Source of the DNA: Stellaceae bacterium
Lineage (GTDB): Bacteria; Pseudomonadota; Alphaproteobacteria; ATCC43930; CGMCC-115725
Assembly (NCBI GenBank): GCA_035570595.1
Contig: DATMLF010000147.1
Span: forward strand, 852-64,851
DNA length: 64,000 nt
Direction: 5' to 3'
Shown here: piece by piece, positions 36,688 through 46,814 of the stretch
How the letters are laid out: the number at the start of each line of letters is the position of its first letter
Numbering within the stretch: the stretch's first letter is position 1
Notes under the pieces: model-generated
Told to the model about the DNA's origin: nothing
The model's database searches: none
What the model saw: the letters and a program-made list of their open reading frames with translations, nothing else
Program-made: the position numbers and the translations under genes

Positions 36688-37779
36688 ATGAAAGCCGCCG
36701 TGCTGCATGCCGCAAACCAGCCGCTGACGATCGAGGACGTCTCCCTCGCCAAGCCGGGGCCGCGCGAGGTCTTGCTGCGCACCGCTTTTGCCGGGCTGTG
36801 CCACAGCGACCTGCATTTCATCGACGGGCTCTACCCGCACCCGACACCCTGCGTGCTCGGCCATGAATCGGCGGCGGTGGTCGAGGCGGTCGGCGACGCG
36901 GTGAGCTACGTCAAGCCCGGCGATCACGTCATCACCTGCCTCTCGGTGTTCTGCGGGGTGTGCCCGCAATGCGTCACCGGGCACCCGAATTTGTGCGAGA
37001 ACACCGAGGTCAAGTTGCCGCCCGGCGTTTCGCGCCGCCTGTCGTGGAAGGGCGGCGAATTGATGAACCAGTTTCTGAACCTGTCGTCCTTTGCCGAGGA
37101 GATGCTGGTTCACGAGAACGCGATCGTTAAGATCGACCCCGACATCCCGCTCGACCGCGCGGCACTCGTCGGCTGCGGCGTCATGACCGGGGTGGGCGCG
37201 GTCTTCAACGCCGCCAAGGTCGAGCCGGGCTCGACGGTCGCGGTGATCGGCTGCGGCGGCGTCGGGCTGTCGGCGGTCAACGGCGCGGCACTCGCCGGAG
37301 CCGAGCGCATCATCGCGATCGACACGGTTGCGTCAAAGCTCGAGCTCGCGCGCGAGCTCGGCGCCACCGACACGTTGAACGCGAGCAACGCCGACCCGGT
37401 GAAGGCGGTGCGGGAAATGACCGGCGGCGGCGTGCACTATTCGTTCGAGGCGCTCGGCACCAAGACCACGGCCGAGCAGGCGTTTCAGATGTTGCGCGGC
37501 GGCGGCACCGCGACGATCATCGGCATGGTGCCGTTGGGCGTAAAGATCGAATTGCACGGCTACGACTTCCTGCGCGATCGCAAGCTGCAAGGGACCTCGA
37601 TGGGCGGCAACCGCTTCCGGGTCGACATGCCGCGGCTCTTGTCGCTGTGGCGCCAGGGCCGGTTGAAGCTCGACCACCTGATCTCGGGCAGGCTCAAGCT
37701 CGACCAAATCAACGACGGCTTCGCCGCGCTCAAATCGGGCGCCCCGGTGCGCCAGCTGATCGATTTCGCCGCCACCTGA
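36688..37779 (+). CDS. Zinc-dependent alcohol dehydrogenase family
   Basis: GLCHSDLH, GHESAAVVEAVG, structural-zinc Cys cluster CGVCPQCVTGHPNLC, and GCGGVGLS. Confidence 0.9.
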   Translation: MKAAVLHAANQPLTIEDVSLAKPGPREVLLRTAFAGLCHSDLHFIDGLYPHPTPCVLGHESAAVVEAVGDAVSYVKPGDHVITCLSVFCGVCPQCVTGHPNLCENTEVKLPPGVSRRLSWKGGELMNQFLNLSSFAEEMLVHENAIVKIDPDIPLDRAALVGCGVMTGVGAVFNAAKVEPGSTVAVIGCGGVGLSAVNGAALAGAERIIAIDTVASKLELARELGATDTLNASNADPVKAVREMTGGGVHYSFEALGTKTTAEQAFQMLRGGGTATIIGMVPLGVKIELHGYDFLRDRKLQGTSMGGNRFRVDMPRLLSLWRQGRLKLDHLISGRLKLDQINDGFAALKSGAPVRQLIDFAAT

Positions 37780-37823
37780 GCCCGGACAGTCGCACCGAGG
37801 CATCCGGCATCTGGCGTTAGGGC

Positions 37824-40670
37824 CTAATGGGCGTCGTCCCAGCTGCGGGCGAAGCCGGTTTCGACAACGAGCGGCACTGCGAGCTCGCAATGCGGCGCGC
37901 AGGCGCCTTCCATGACCTCTTTGACGGTCCCGGCGGTCACCTGAATTTCGGCCTGCGGCACCTCAAACAGCAATTCGTCATGGACCTGCAGCAGCATCCG
38001 GGCATGCAGCCCGGAGCCGGTTAGCGCCGCCGGGATGCGGGTCATCGCGCGCTTGATGATGTCGGCCGCCGAGCCCTGCAAGGGTGCGTTGATCGCCTGG
38101 CGCTCGGCGCCGGCGCGGCGCGCCGGGTTGGCGTCGCGGATCCCCGAGATCCAGCATTTGCGGCCAAAGATCGTCTCGACATAGCCGGTGCGGCGGCAGT
38201 CGGTCTTGATCCGCTCCATATAGGCGCGGATCGCCGGGAAGCGCTCGAAATAGGCGCGGATGTAGGCCGCGGCCTCCGACTGTGGCACGCCGATCTGGGC
38301 GCCGAGCCCGAACGCGCTGATGCCGTAGATGATGCCGAAATTGATCGCCTTCGCGCGCCGCCGGGTGGCCCCGTCCATCGTGGCGAGCGGCACCCCGAAC
38401 ACCTCGCTCGCGGTCAGCGCGTGAATGTCGACCCCGTCCTGGAACGCCTGCCGCAGCTCCGGCACGTCGGCGACGTGAGCGGCGAGCCGCAGCTCGATCT
38501 GGCTGTAGTCGGCCGACAACAGCACATGACCGGGCTCGGCGATAAAGGCCCGGCGAATGCGCCGGCCTTCCTCGGTGCGGATCGGGATGTTCTGCAGATT
38601 GGGGTTGTTCGACGAAAACCGTCCGGTCGCCGCGACGGCGAGCGCATAGGAGGTGTGGACGCGCCCGGTCTCGGCGTCGATTTCCTCGGCGAGCGCGTCG
38701 GCATAGGTCGATTTGAGCTTGGTCAGCTGGCGCCACTCGAGAACCTGCGCCGGCACCGGGTGCAATGGCGCGAGCTCTTCGAGGATCGAGGCGTCGGTCC
38801 CGTAGGCGCCGGTCTTGCCCTTCTTGCCGCCCGGCAACCCCAGCTTTTCGAACAGCACGTCGCCCAACTGCTTGGTCGAGCCGATGTTGAAGTCGTTGCC
38901 GACCGCGGCATAGACCGTCCGCTCGAGTTCGGCGATGCGCTGCGTGAAATCGCGCGACAGCTCGGCGAGCGCCGCGCGGTCGACCTTGATCCCCTCCCGC
39001 TCCATCGCGGCGACGACCGGCGCCAGCGGCCGCTCGACCGTCTCGTAGAACGCGGTCATCCGCTCGCGCACGAGGCGCGCCTTGAGCAGGATGTGCGCCC
39101 GTAGCGTCGCGTCCGCGCGCTCGGCGGCAAAGTCGCGCGCCTGCTCGCGCGGCACCTCGGCAAAGGCGATCAGGCTCTTGCCGGTGCCGACAACGCCCTT
39201 GAGTGGCGTCAGCTCGTGCTCGAAGCAGCGCTTCGTCAGGGTCTCGATCTCATGGTCGAACTGGCCGCCGTCGAGCACGTAGGACATCAGCATCGTGCAG
39301 TCGTGCGGCGCCAGTGCTATGCCATGGCGCGACAGCAGGTGCGCCGCGGTCTTTACGTCATGGCCGACCTTGAGGACGCCCGGGTCTTCGAGCAGCGGCC
39401 GCAATTTTTCGATCGCCACGTCGAGCGGGATGCCGCCGGTCTCGGCGAGGGCGAGCTCGCCCGTCATCCGATGACCGAGCGGGACGTAGGCCGCCATCCC
39501 GGGCGCCAATCCCAACGCGATCCCGGCGAGCGCCGGCCGGCGGCCGGGCACGGTGCTCGCGGCGACCCAGATCGCGACCGAGCCTGCTTCGTGCGCCGCC
39601 TCGATCCAATGGTCGAGCCCTTCGACCGTTTCGACGAGGGCGTAGCTGCGCGGTGCCGTAAAGGGCGGGACTTCGGGGGTCGCGGGCTCGCTCGGCCCGC
39701 TCGGCAGCGGCGCGGCAATGTCGAGCCGGCGCTCGATGCGCGACTTGAGGGCGCGCAGCTCCATCTCGTCGAGAAACGGGAACAGCTTCTCGGGGTCGTA
39801 CGGCTTGATCCTGAGCGCCGACAGCGGGCAGGGCAGCGGCACCTTGTCGTCGAGCTTGACCAATTCCTTGGACAACCTCGCCTTGGCCTCGTTCTCGATC
39901 AAGGCTTCGCGGCGCTTCGGCTGCTTGATCTCGTGCGCGTGCGCGAGCAGGGTTTCGAGGTCGCCGTAGGTGTTGATCAGCTCGGCCGCGGTCTTGACGC
40001 CGATGCCCGGCACACCCGGCACATTGTCGGTGCTGTCGCCGCACAGCGCCTGCACCTCGACAACCTTGTCCGGCCCGACCCCGAACTTCTCGCGCACCTC
40101 GGCCTCGGCGATCGGCCGGTCCGACATCGGGTCGCGCATCGTCACGCCGTCGCCGACGAGCTGCATCAGGTCCTTGTCGGAGGACAGGATCGTGACCTTG
40201 GCGCCCGCTTCCACCGCGTGGCGGGCGTAGGTGGCGATCAGGTCGTCCGCCTCGAAATCCGCCATCTCGATCTGACAGATGTCGAACGCTCCGGCGGCGC
40301 GCCGCACATGCTCCAGCTGCGGGCGCAAGTCATCGGGCATCTCTCGCCGGTTGGCCTTGTAGTCGCTGTAGATCCGGTTGCGAAAGCTGTGACCGGAGGC
40401 GTCGAAGATAACCGCCATGTGGTCGGCGTCGGTTTCACGGCGGTACTTATCCAGCATGTTGCTGAATATCATGACCACTTCGGTGGCCATGCCGTCCGAT
40501 TGTCTTTGAAACCGCTCGGCCTTTGGGTCGCGTGCGCGGGCGAAATAGGCGCGAAAGATAAACCCCGAGCCGTCGATCAAAAACACATGATGAGGCGCGG
40601 CCGACGGCGCCGCGGCGGCATCGGTCGGGTTGGGCTTTGCCTCGCCGATCAGGCTGATCAGGTCGTCCAC
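37824..40670 (-). CDS. polA: DNA polymerase I
   Basis: 5' nuclease (HVFLIDGSGFIFRAYF), 3'-5' exonuclease, and polymerase motifs (LLSADYSQIELRLAA, RRRAKAINFGIIYG, QVHDELLFE). I prefer GTG 40670, 10 nt after the upstream stop. The ORF is open up to 40874. Confidence 0.93.
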   Translation of the reverse strand: MDDLISLIGEAKPNPTDAAAAPSAAPHHVFLIDGSGFIFRAYFARARDPKAERFQRQSDGMATEVVMIFSNMLDKYRRETDADHMAVIFDASGHSFRNRIYSDYKANRREMPDDLRPQLEHVRRAAGAFDICQIEMADFEADDLIATYARHAVEAGAKVTILSSDKDLMQLVGDGVTMRDPMSDRPIAEAEVREKFGVGPDKVVEVQALCGDSTDNVPGVPGIGVKTAAELINTYGDLETLLAHAHEIKQPKRREALIENEAKARLSKELVKLDDKVPLPCPLSALRIKPYDPEKLFPFLDEMELRALKSRIERRLDIAAPLPSGPSEPATPEVPPFTAPRSYALVETVEGLDHWIEAAHEAGSVAIWVAASTVPGRRPALAGIALGLAPGMAAYVPLGHRMTGELALAETGGIPLDVAIEKLRPLLEDPGVLKVGHDVKTAAHLLSRHGIALAPHDCTMLMSYVLDGGQFDHEIETLTKRCFEHELTPLKGVVGTGKSLIAFAEVPREQARDFAAERADATLRAHILLKARLVRERMTAFYETVERPLAPVVAAMEREGIKVDRAALAELSRDFTQRIAELERTVYAAVGNDFNIGSTKQLGDVLFEKLGLPGGKKGKTGAYGTDASILEELAPLHPVPAQVLEWRQLTKLKSTYADALAEEIDAETGRVHTSYALAVAATGRFSSNNPNLQNIPIRTEEGRRIRRAFIAEPGHVLLSADYSQIELRLAAHVADVPELRQAFQDGVDIHALTASEVFGVPLATMDGATRRRAKAINFGIIYGISAFGLGAQIGVPQSEAAAYIRAYFERFPAIRAYMERIKTDCRRTGYVETIFGRKCWISGIRDANPARRAGAERQAINAPLQGSAADIIKRAMTRIPAALTGSGLHARMLLQVHDELLFEVPQAEIQVTAGTVKEVMEGACAPHCELAVPLVVETGFARSWDDAH

Positions 40671-40680
40671 GAGTGGCCTG

Positions 40681-40923
40681 CTATCCGGAGGTTGCGCTTT
40701 TAGGGCGGTCGTGCGGCGGGTCCATCGCCGTCGAGACGGTCGGGCCGGCTGCAGCGCCGGCGCCGGCCGTCGCCCGGTTGACATAGAGGCGGGAGCAATA
40801 AGGGCACTCGACCCTGCCGGTGGGCGCAAGGTTGAGATAGACCCTCGGATGGCCGAGCGGGCCGCCGCCGCCATTGCAGGCCGCGACCATGTCTTCGATA
40901 TAGATGGTTTCTGCGGGTCCCAT
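40681..40923 (-). CDS. zf-CHCC-type zinc-finger protein
   Basis: 80 aa. CNGGGGPLGHPRVYLNL....ECPYCSRLYV pattern. Confidence 0.75.
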   Translation of the reverse strand: MGPAETIYIEDMVAACNGGGGPLGHPRVYLNLAPTGRVECPYCSRLYVNRATAGAGAAAGPTVSTAMDPPHDRPKSATSG

Positions 40924-41191
40924 AAACCAGCCGGAGGCTTTGTGCCGGCGCGGCGCGGCGGCCGGTTGACCGTTTGTCCGGCTCGATGATACGCATTGCC
41001 GGCGGACGATCAATGATGCGCTGTTCAAATTCGGGGCCCCGGCTCTCGCGCTATCGGGCGAAAGGTTCGCCGACGGGCCGCTGTCTGCACTCGGTTGCGC
41101 CGCCCGATCTGGCTCCTGACTTCCCGGATTTTGCCGTCGCCGGGCTGAAACGGATGGGGCTCGCGCGCAAACCCGCGGGGCCGGCAAGCGC

Positions 41192-42277
41192 GTGACCGGG
41201 CGCCGGCGGCGAGGTCCGCTCCACGGCAATATCGGTCTGGTCCTCTTTTGCCTGGTGCTCGGCGGCTGCGGGCCGACGGTGGATCATGCGCCGCCTCCCG
41301 CCGGGAGCGAAACCGCGCACGCGGCGGCCCTGCCCAATTCGCCGCCCCGCTTCTCCGGGGAAGACTTCGTCGCCGCCGACGGCCAGCGTCTGCCGCTGCA
41401 CGCGTGGCTTCCGCGGGGAGCGGTCAAGGCGGTGATCCTGGCCTTGCACGGCTTCAACGACTACAGCCACGCCTTCGCGATGCCTGCAAAGATTTGGGCC
41501 GAGGACGGCATCGCCACCTACGCCTACGACCAGCGCGGGTTTGGCGCCGCCCCCGAGCGCGGGCGGTGGGTGGGGCGCGCCGTGCTCGCCGACGACGCCG
41601 CGACCGCTTGCGGCATCTTGCGCCGGCGTTACCCGGGTGTGCCGCTATATCTGCTCGGCGAGAGCATGGGGGGTGCCGTCGCTGTGGTCGCGATGACCGG
41701 CGAGAGCGGCACCCCGGTGCCCGATGTCGACGGCGTGATCCTCACCGCACCGGCGGTGTGGGGCCGCTCGACGATGGATCTGGCGCCGCGGGTGGCGCTG
41801 TGGGTCGGCGCCCGGCTGATGCCGGGCCTGACCTTGACCGGCCAGAGCCTCCATATATCGGCTTCGGACAACATCGCGATGCTGCGGGCGCTGGGGCGCG
41901 ACCCGCTGGTGATCAAGGAGACGCGCGTCGACACGATCTGGGGCCTGGTCAACCTGATGGATGCCGCGCTCGCATCGGCGCCGCGGCTGCGCGCGCGGCT
42001 GTTGGTGATGTACGGCGCCCATGACGAGATCATCCCAAAGCAGCCGATGCGCCAATTCGTGCGCGCCTTGCCGCACGACCCGCGCCACGCCCGCAGCTTC
42101 GCCTATTACCGTCACGGCTACCACATGCTGCTGCGCGACCTCGATGGCCCGATCGTGAGCGCCGACGTCGCGGGCTGGATCCTCGCGCCGGGCATGCCGT
42201 TGCTGTCGGGCGCCGACCGCGGCACGTTCGAAGCGGATCTGGGCGGCACCAGGCAGGCCCTTCTCGACCGGCGCTGA
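41192..42277 (+). CDS. Alpha/beta hydrolase, lysophospholipase/monoglyceride-lipase-like, probable lipoprotein
   Basis: LVLGGC lipobox-like signal, HGFNDYS, GESMGG (GxSxG), and a YRHGYHML C-terminal His region. GTG start. Confidence 0.8.
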   Translation: MTGRRRRGPLHGNIGLVLFCLVLGGCGPTVDHAPPPAGSETAHAAALPNSPPRFSGEDFVAADGQRLPLHAWLPRGAVKAVILALHGFNDYSHAFAMPAKIWAEDGIATYAYDQRGFGAAPERGRWVGRAVLADDAATACGILRRRYPGVPLYLLGESMGGAVAVVAMTGESGTPVPDVDGVILTAPAVWGRSTMDLAPRVALWVGARLMPGLTLTGQSLHISASDNIAMLRALGRDPLVIKETRVDTIWGLVNLMDAALASAPRLRARLLVMYGAHDEIIPKQPMRQFVRALPHDPRHARSFAYYRHGYHMLLRDLDGPIVSADVAGWILAPGMPLLSGADRGTFEADLGGTRQALLDRR

Positions 42278-42280
42278 GCG

Positions 42281-42769
42281 ATGCTTTCCCCCTTTCTCGT
42301 GCCGCTCTTGGTGCTGCTGACCTTGGCGAACGGCACGCCGCTGATGGTCCGCAAAGTGCTCGGCAACCGCATTTCGCATCCGGTCGACGGCGGCCGCAAT
42401 TTTGTCGACGGCAGGCCGGTGCTCGGCCCGGCGAAGACCTTGCGGGGGGTGGCCTGCGCGGTGCTGGTCACGACCGCGGGCGCGCCGCTCGTCGGGCTCG
42501 ACTGGAAGATCGGCCTCCTCGTCGGCAGCCTCGCGATGGTCGGCGACCTGTGTTCGAGCTTTTTGAAGCGCCGGCTCGGGCAGTCGTCGAGCAGCCCGGT
42601 CGTCGGCGTCGACCAGATCCCGGAATCGCTGTTCCCGCTGCTTGCCTGCATCGGCCCGCTGTCGCTGACCATTGGGGACGTCGCGGTCGGGGTCGCTATT
42701 TTCTTTGTCGGCGAGTTGGCATTGTCGCGCCTGCTCTACGCGTTCGACCTGCGCGACCGGCCCTATTAG
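42281..42769 (+). CDS. CarS-like (CDP-archaeol synthase family, DUF46) small membrane protein
   Basis: 162 aa with about 4-5 TM segments. SFLKRRLGQSSSSPVVGVDQIPES matches the family KRR.G...P..DQ signature. Starts 3 nt after the upstream stop. Confidence 0.7.
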   Translation: MLSPFLVPLLVLLTLANGTPLMVRKVLGNRISHPVDGGRNFVDGRPVLGPAKTLRGVACAVLVTTAGAPLVGLDWKIGLLVGSLAMVGDLCSSFLKRRLGQSSSSPVVGVDQIPESLFPLLACIGPLSLTIGDVAVGVAIFFVGELALSRLLYAFDLRDRPY

Positions 42770-42791
42770 CGCGGGGCGAGGTAGAGCGGGG

Positions 42792-43805
42792 TTAGGGCGG
42801 GAGGGCCGTGGCCCGCAGCTGGTGCAGGGTGACCTCCGGCGGGCAGTTGATCCGCACCGGGAGGACGCACGACCCGACCCCGACCGAGGTGTAGCCGATC
42901 ATCCTTCCGTAGCGCCACGACCCGGCCCCCATCCGGCGCGGCAGCACCGAATCGAGGGTGAGCGGGATGGCCCCCGGCAGGCAGATCTGGCCGCCATGGG
43001 TGTGGCCGCTCAGCAGCAGGTCGAAATCGGCGTGCGCCGCCTGACGGTAAATCTCGGGGGTGTGCGACAGCAGGATCGAAAACGCGCCGTCCGGGATTCC
43101 CGCCGCCGCCTTTTCGATGTTGTCGACCCGGTAATAATGCGCGTCGTCGATGCCGGCGAGATAGATGCGCTCGCCGCAGCGGGACAGGGCTTCGGCTTCG
43201 TTGACCAGCATATGGATGCCCATCGCCTCCAGCGCCGGCACCATCCGGATCGAGTCGTGATTGCCGAGGACAGCGTAGACGGGCACCGCGATTTGTTGCC
43301 GGATCCGCGCCATCCCCTCGATCGTGGCCTCGCACGGCCCGTAGGTCCTGCCGCGGTAGTCGCCGGTCAGCACGCAAAGGTCGCAGCTCAGCAGCGGCAG
43401 CAGCTCGCCGAGCCGCCGCATCGCGGCCGGGCTGATGTCGACATGCAGGTCGCTGATCTGCAGGATCGTGAAGCCGTCGAAAACGGGCGGCAGGCCGGGA
43501 CAGGGCACCGGATGGCGGCGGACCTGGACCCGCTCCGCGTTTTTGCGCGCCCGCCAATAGAGGCCGGTGAGCTTGAGGGCTCGGCGGATCACCGACGAGG
43601 TCAGATACCAGCGCTTTGGCCGCAGCGAGCCGCGCCCGCGACCGGCCGCCCGCGCTTCATGGTCGTCCTCGATGCCGAGCCGCTGGCGGGGATGCAGCCG
43701 GCCAAAGCGCTTTTCGAGCTGCGCGACCAGATCCGGACCCGTCAACGGCAGTTCTGCCGGTTGATTTGCAGGAACGTTAATTTCGCTTTTAAAATCGAGC
43801 GGCAT
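42792..43805 (-). CDS. Metallophosphoesterase
   Basis: QISDLHVD, LTGDY, GNHD and GHTHGGQ motifs. Start chosen at ATG 43805; the ORF is open to 43976. Confidence 0.85.
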   Translation of the reverse strand: MPLDFKSEINVPANQPAELPLTGPDLVAQLEKRFGRLHPRQRLGIEDDHEARAAGRGRGSLRPKRWYLTSSVIRRALKLTGLYWRARKNAERVQVRRHPVPCPGLPPVFDGFTILQISDLHVDISPAAMRRLGELLPLLSCDLCVLTGDYRGRTYGPCEATIEGMARIRQQIAVPVYAVLGNHDSIRMVPALEAMGIHMLVNEAEALSRCGERIYLAGIDDAHYYRVDNIEKAAAGIPDGAFSILLSHTPEIYRQAAHADFDLLLSGHTHGGQICLPGAIPLTLDSVLPRRMGAGSWRYGRMIGYTSVGVGSCVLPVRINCPPEVTLHQLRATALPP

Positions 43806-44007
43806 TGGTTTCGGTCTACTTTCAAACCTTTGCTTTCCGGCGGCCGAAAATTTTACGAATAATAAGCGATAACATCCCCGCTGGCCAGCCTCGGCCACAC
43901 GGCGGCGGCAGGGTGCGACACCGAAGAGCACCTTAGCCGAACTTTCTTGCATCTTCGTTGCGAGGGCGGTAATCAACCGCCGCCGCGCCCGATCGCGCGC
44001 AGTGCAC

Positions 44008-44084
<77 letters not shown>

Positions 44085-44260
44085 TTTATGCACCGCCCCG
44101 CCGTGCGCCGAGAGGAGCCGGGCGGTCAGGATGGACGGTGGGCGAGCTCAGGATATCGGCTGTCGGACATTCCCACGAAAACCATCTCGGCCAGGTCGAA
44201 GCACGCACCGTTCGGCTGGCGGCTCAGGCGACCGGCTCGGCCGTGTCAGGAGATCACGCG

Positions 44261-44725
44261 ATGTCTGAATTGAGCGACTGGAGCCGGGTGACGCGGCCGA
44301 TCCCGGTCCCGAACGAGTGGACAAAGCCGTTCTGGGATGCGGCGCGGCGCGGCGTCCTCGAGCTGCAGCGCTGCCAGAGCTGCGGGCATTTTCAGCACCC
44401 GCCCTACGCGACCTGCACCCGATGCGTCGCGACCGACCTCAAGTTCGAGCCGGTGCGCCACGACGGCGCCGAGGGGGCCGGGACGATCTATGCCTACACG
44501 ATCATGTATCACACCGGCGACAAGCGCTTTGCCGCCGCGGTACCCTACGCCAGCATCATCGTCGAGCTCGACGAGGCGCCCGGCGCGTTGCTCGCCGGCA
44601 ATTTGCTGGGGGCGCCCTATACCGAGGCGAAGGTCGGGCGGCGGGTCGCGGTCGTCTTTGAGCAGCTGAACGACGACATCACCCTGCCGCAGTTTCTCCT
44701 CGCGCGGACGACACCCGCCGAGTGA
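44261..44725 (+). CDS. Zn-ribbon/OB-fold protein (DUF35 family)
   Basis: ATG 44261 after CAGGAG. CQSCGHFQHPPYATCTRC zinc ribbon followed by an OB-fold region. Confidence 0.85.
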   Translation: MSELSDWSRVTRPIPVPNEWTKPFWDAARRGVLELQRCQSCGHFQHPPYATCTRCVATDLKFEPVRHDGAEGAGTIYAYTIMYHTGDKRFAAAVPYASIIVELDEAPGALLAGNLLGAPYTEAKVGRRVAVVFEQLNDDITLPQFLLARTTPAE

Positions 44726-44754
44726 AGAAAGCAGCTTAATGACTCATCGCCTTC

Positions 44755-44845
44755 CCGTCGTTCCCGCGAAAAGCGGGAACCCGGAGCCTGCCTCTGGCCT
44801 GAACAGAGGTAAATGCTGCGTCGCTCCCCTGGACGCCCGCTGACG
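44755..44845. repeat. REP-like composite element, family C (opposite orientation to 32165-32296)
   Basis: GTTCCCGCGAAAAGCGGGAACCCGGAGCCTGCCTCTGGCCTGAACAGAGG. Intergenic, between the DUF35 and thiolase genes. Confidence 0.7.
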
Positions 44846-44895
44846 AACAAAAGTACAAAATGCGATGTGCGCTCCGGGTGAGGAGGAAAAACCGC

Positions 44896-46080
44896 ATGTG
44901 GGAGAACCGGTGCAAGGTCGCGGTCAGCGGCGTCGGGTTTTCCAAGGTCACGCGCTCGGCCGAGATCCCGCTCGCCGCGCACGCGCTCGCCGCCGTCGAG
45001 GAGGCGGTCGCCGACTCGGGCCTGGCGATGACCGACATCGACGGCCTTGCGACCTACCCGGAATTGCCGGCGACCGGGCATGCCGAGGTCGACGGCGTCT
45101 CGATCGTGTCGGTCAACTGCATGATGGCGATGCTGAAACTGCCCGACCTCGGCTGGCACATCCAGGTCGGCACGACCAACATCGGCGGTGCCGTGCAGCA
45201 GGCGGTCAACGCGCTCCTCGCCGGGGTATGCAAATACGCGGTCGTGTGGCGGGCGATGCACAACCCGCGCGGCACCTACCAGAACCTTCCGGGTACTCAC
45301 GCGCAGGGTGCCGCCCAGTTCACCGCCCCCTACGGATTTGGCGGGCCGGGCCAGGGCATGGCGGTCGCCTATACGAGATGGCTCGAACGCCACAACCAGA
45401 ACCGGGAGAAGATGGCGACCTTGGCGGTGACCCAGCGGCGCCATGCCCAGCACAACCCGCACGCCTATTTCCACGGCACGCAGCTCAGCCGCGAGGATTA
45501 CCTGAACTCGCGGATGGTGGCCTATCCGTTTTGCCTCTTCGACTGCGACATCCCGGTGCAGGGCGCGGTCGCGGTCGTGTTGACGACCGCCGAGCGGGCG
45601 CGCGACCTGAAACCGCGCCCGGCCTATCTCGCCGGCTACGGCCAGCGGCTGCATTTCGAGGTGGCGGGCCGCATCGGCAGCCTCGCCGATTACATGGAGG
45701 GCGGGCGCAGCTCGGCGAAACTGACTTGGGAGCGGTCGGGCTTTGGCCCAAAGGATGTCGACGTGGCGCAGATCTACGACGGCTTTTCGGCCTCGGTGAT
45801 CTACGGGCTCGAATCCTACGGCTTCTGCGGCGAGGGCGAAGCACTCGACTTCATCCAGGACGGCAGGATCGAGCTCGACGGCGAATTGCCGCTCAACACC
45901 TTTGGCGGCAGCCTCGGCACCGGGCGTATCCACGGCCTGTGGCACATCATCGAGGGTGCGTTGCAGGCATCGGGCCGCGCCGGTTCCCGCCAGGTGAAGG
46001 ACGCCAACGTCTCCTTCGTCGGCGCCAGCGCCCCGATCGTGACCGGCACCACCTTCATCTTCGTGCGCGAACCCTACTAG
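44896..46080 (+). CDS. Thiolase-fold protein (SCP-x/lipid-transfer type), partner of DUF35
   Basis: ATG 44896 after AGGAGGAAAA. Thiolase-like N and C halves, with a NTFGGSLGTGRIHG C-terminal signature. Confidence 0.85.
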   Translation: MWENRCKVAVSGVGFSKVTRSAEIPLAAHALAAVEEAVADSGLAMTDIDGLATYPELPATGHAEVDGVSIVSVNCMMAMLKLPDLGWHIQVGTTNIGGAVQQAVNALLAGVCKYAVVWRAMHNPRGTYQNLPGTHAQGAAQFTAPYGFGGPGQGMAVAYTRWLERHNQNREKMATLAVTQRRHAQHNPHAYFHGTQLSREDYLNSRMVAYPFCLFDCDIPVQGAVAVVLTTAERARDLKPRPAYLAGYGQRLHFEVAGRIGSLADYMEGGRSSAKLTWERSGFGPKDVDVAQIYDGFSASVIYGLESYGFCGEGEALDFIQDGRIELDGELPLNTFGGSLGTGRIHGLWHIIEGALQASGRAGSRQVKDANVSFVGASAPIVTGTTFIFVREPY

Positions 46081-46100
46081 CGCCAATCACCCGTGGCATT

Positions 46101-46184
46101 CGTAGGGTGGGTTGAGCGAAAAGCAAAACCCACCACCGACATTTGGTCGCAACTGGGTTTCGCGAACGCTCAACCCATCCTACG
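46101..46184. repeat. REP-like palindrome, family B
   Basis: Arms CGTAGGGTGGGTTGAGCG / CGCTCAACCCATCCTACG. Intergenic. Confidence 0.8.
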
Positions 46185-46186
46185 CG

Positions 46187-46579
46187 CTACCTCGTGTAGG
46201 GAGTCGAGTAGCAGCCGCCGTTGTAATAGGTGTAGCCGGGACCGCAGGCCGGCGCCGGCGGCGCGCCCGCGAGCGCGTTGGCGGTGCCGGCGACCGCACC
46301 CGTAGCGGTCCCGATCGCCCCGCCGACGATCGCGCCGACCGGACCCGCCGCCGCACCGCCGCTCGCGGCACCGGCCGCACTGCCGGCCGCCGCGCCGGAA
46401 AGGGGCCCCGCCGGGTAGCCCGGCGCCGGCGCGTACCCGGGCGCGGCAACCGGCTGGCAAGTGCCGGCGTAAAACGTGTATCCCGCCGGGCAGGCGTACT
46501 GCGCCATCGCGGCACTCGACGTGCCCGCCGCGAGAGCGGCCGCGATCGCCAAAGTCTTGAGCCTGGTTGGCATCGTCAT
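46187..46579 (-). CDS. Secreted Gly/Ala-rich protein with Cys-Tyr motifs at both ends
   Basis: Signal peptide MTMPTRLKTLAIAAALAAGTSSAAMA. CPAGYTFYAGTC ... Gly/Ala-rich core ... CGPGYTYYNGGC. Confidence 0.6.
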   Translation of the reverse strand: MTMPTRLKTLAIAAALAAGTSSAAMAQYACPAGYTFYAGTCQPVAAPGYAPAPGYPAGPLSGAAAGSAAGAASGGAAAGPVGAIVGGAIGTATGAVAGTANALAGAPPAPACGPGYTYYNGGCYSTPYTR

Positions 46580-46814
46580 CTCCGTAAAGCAATCCAGACG
46601 AGCGGCGATGCGCCGCCACCCCAGGTCAACAGCGCGCATCGAAGCGCGTTCCGCGTGCAGCCGCGACCCGCTTCTCGCCACCGCCACCGCTATAAATCCC
46701 CAGTGCGGGCGCAGCCAAAGCCGCGGCCCCGCGACGCCATTATTCGAAACAACCGTTTTGGGTGATGTCTTAACCAATGCAGCCGGTGGAGTTGATGATG
46801 TGAATAGCCGGGAT

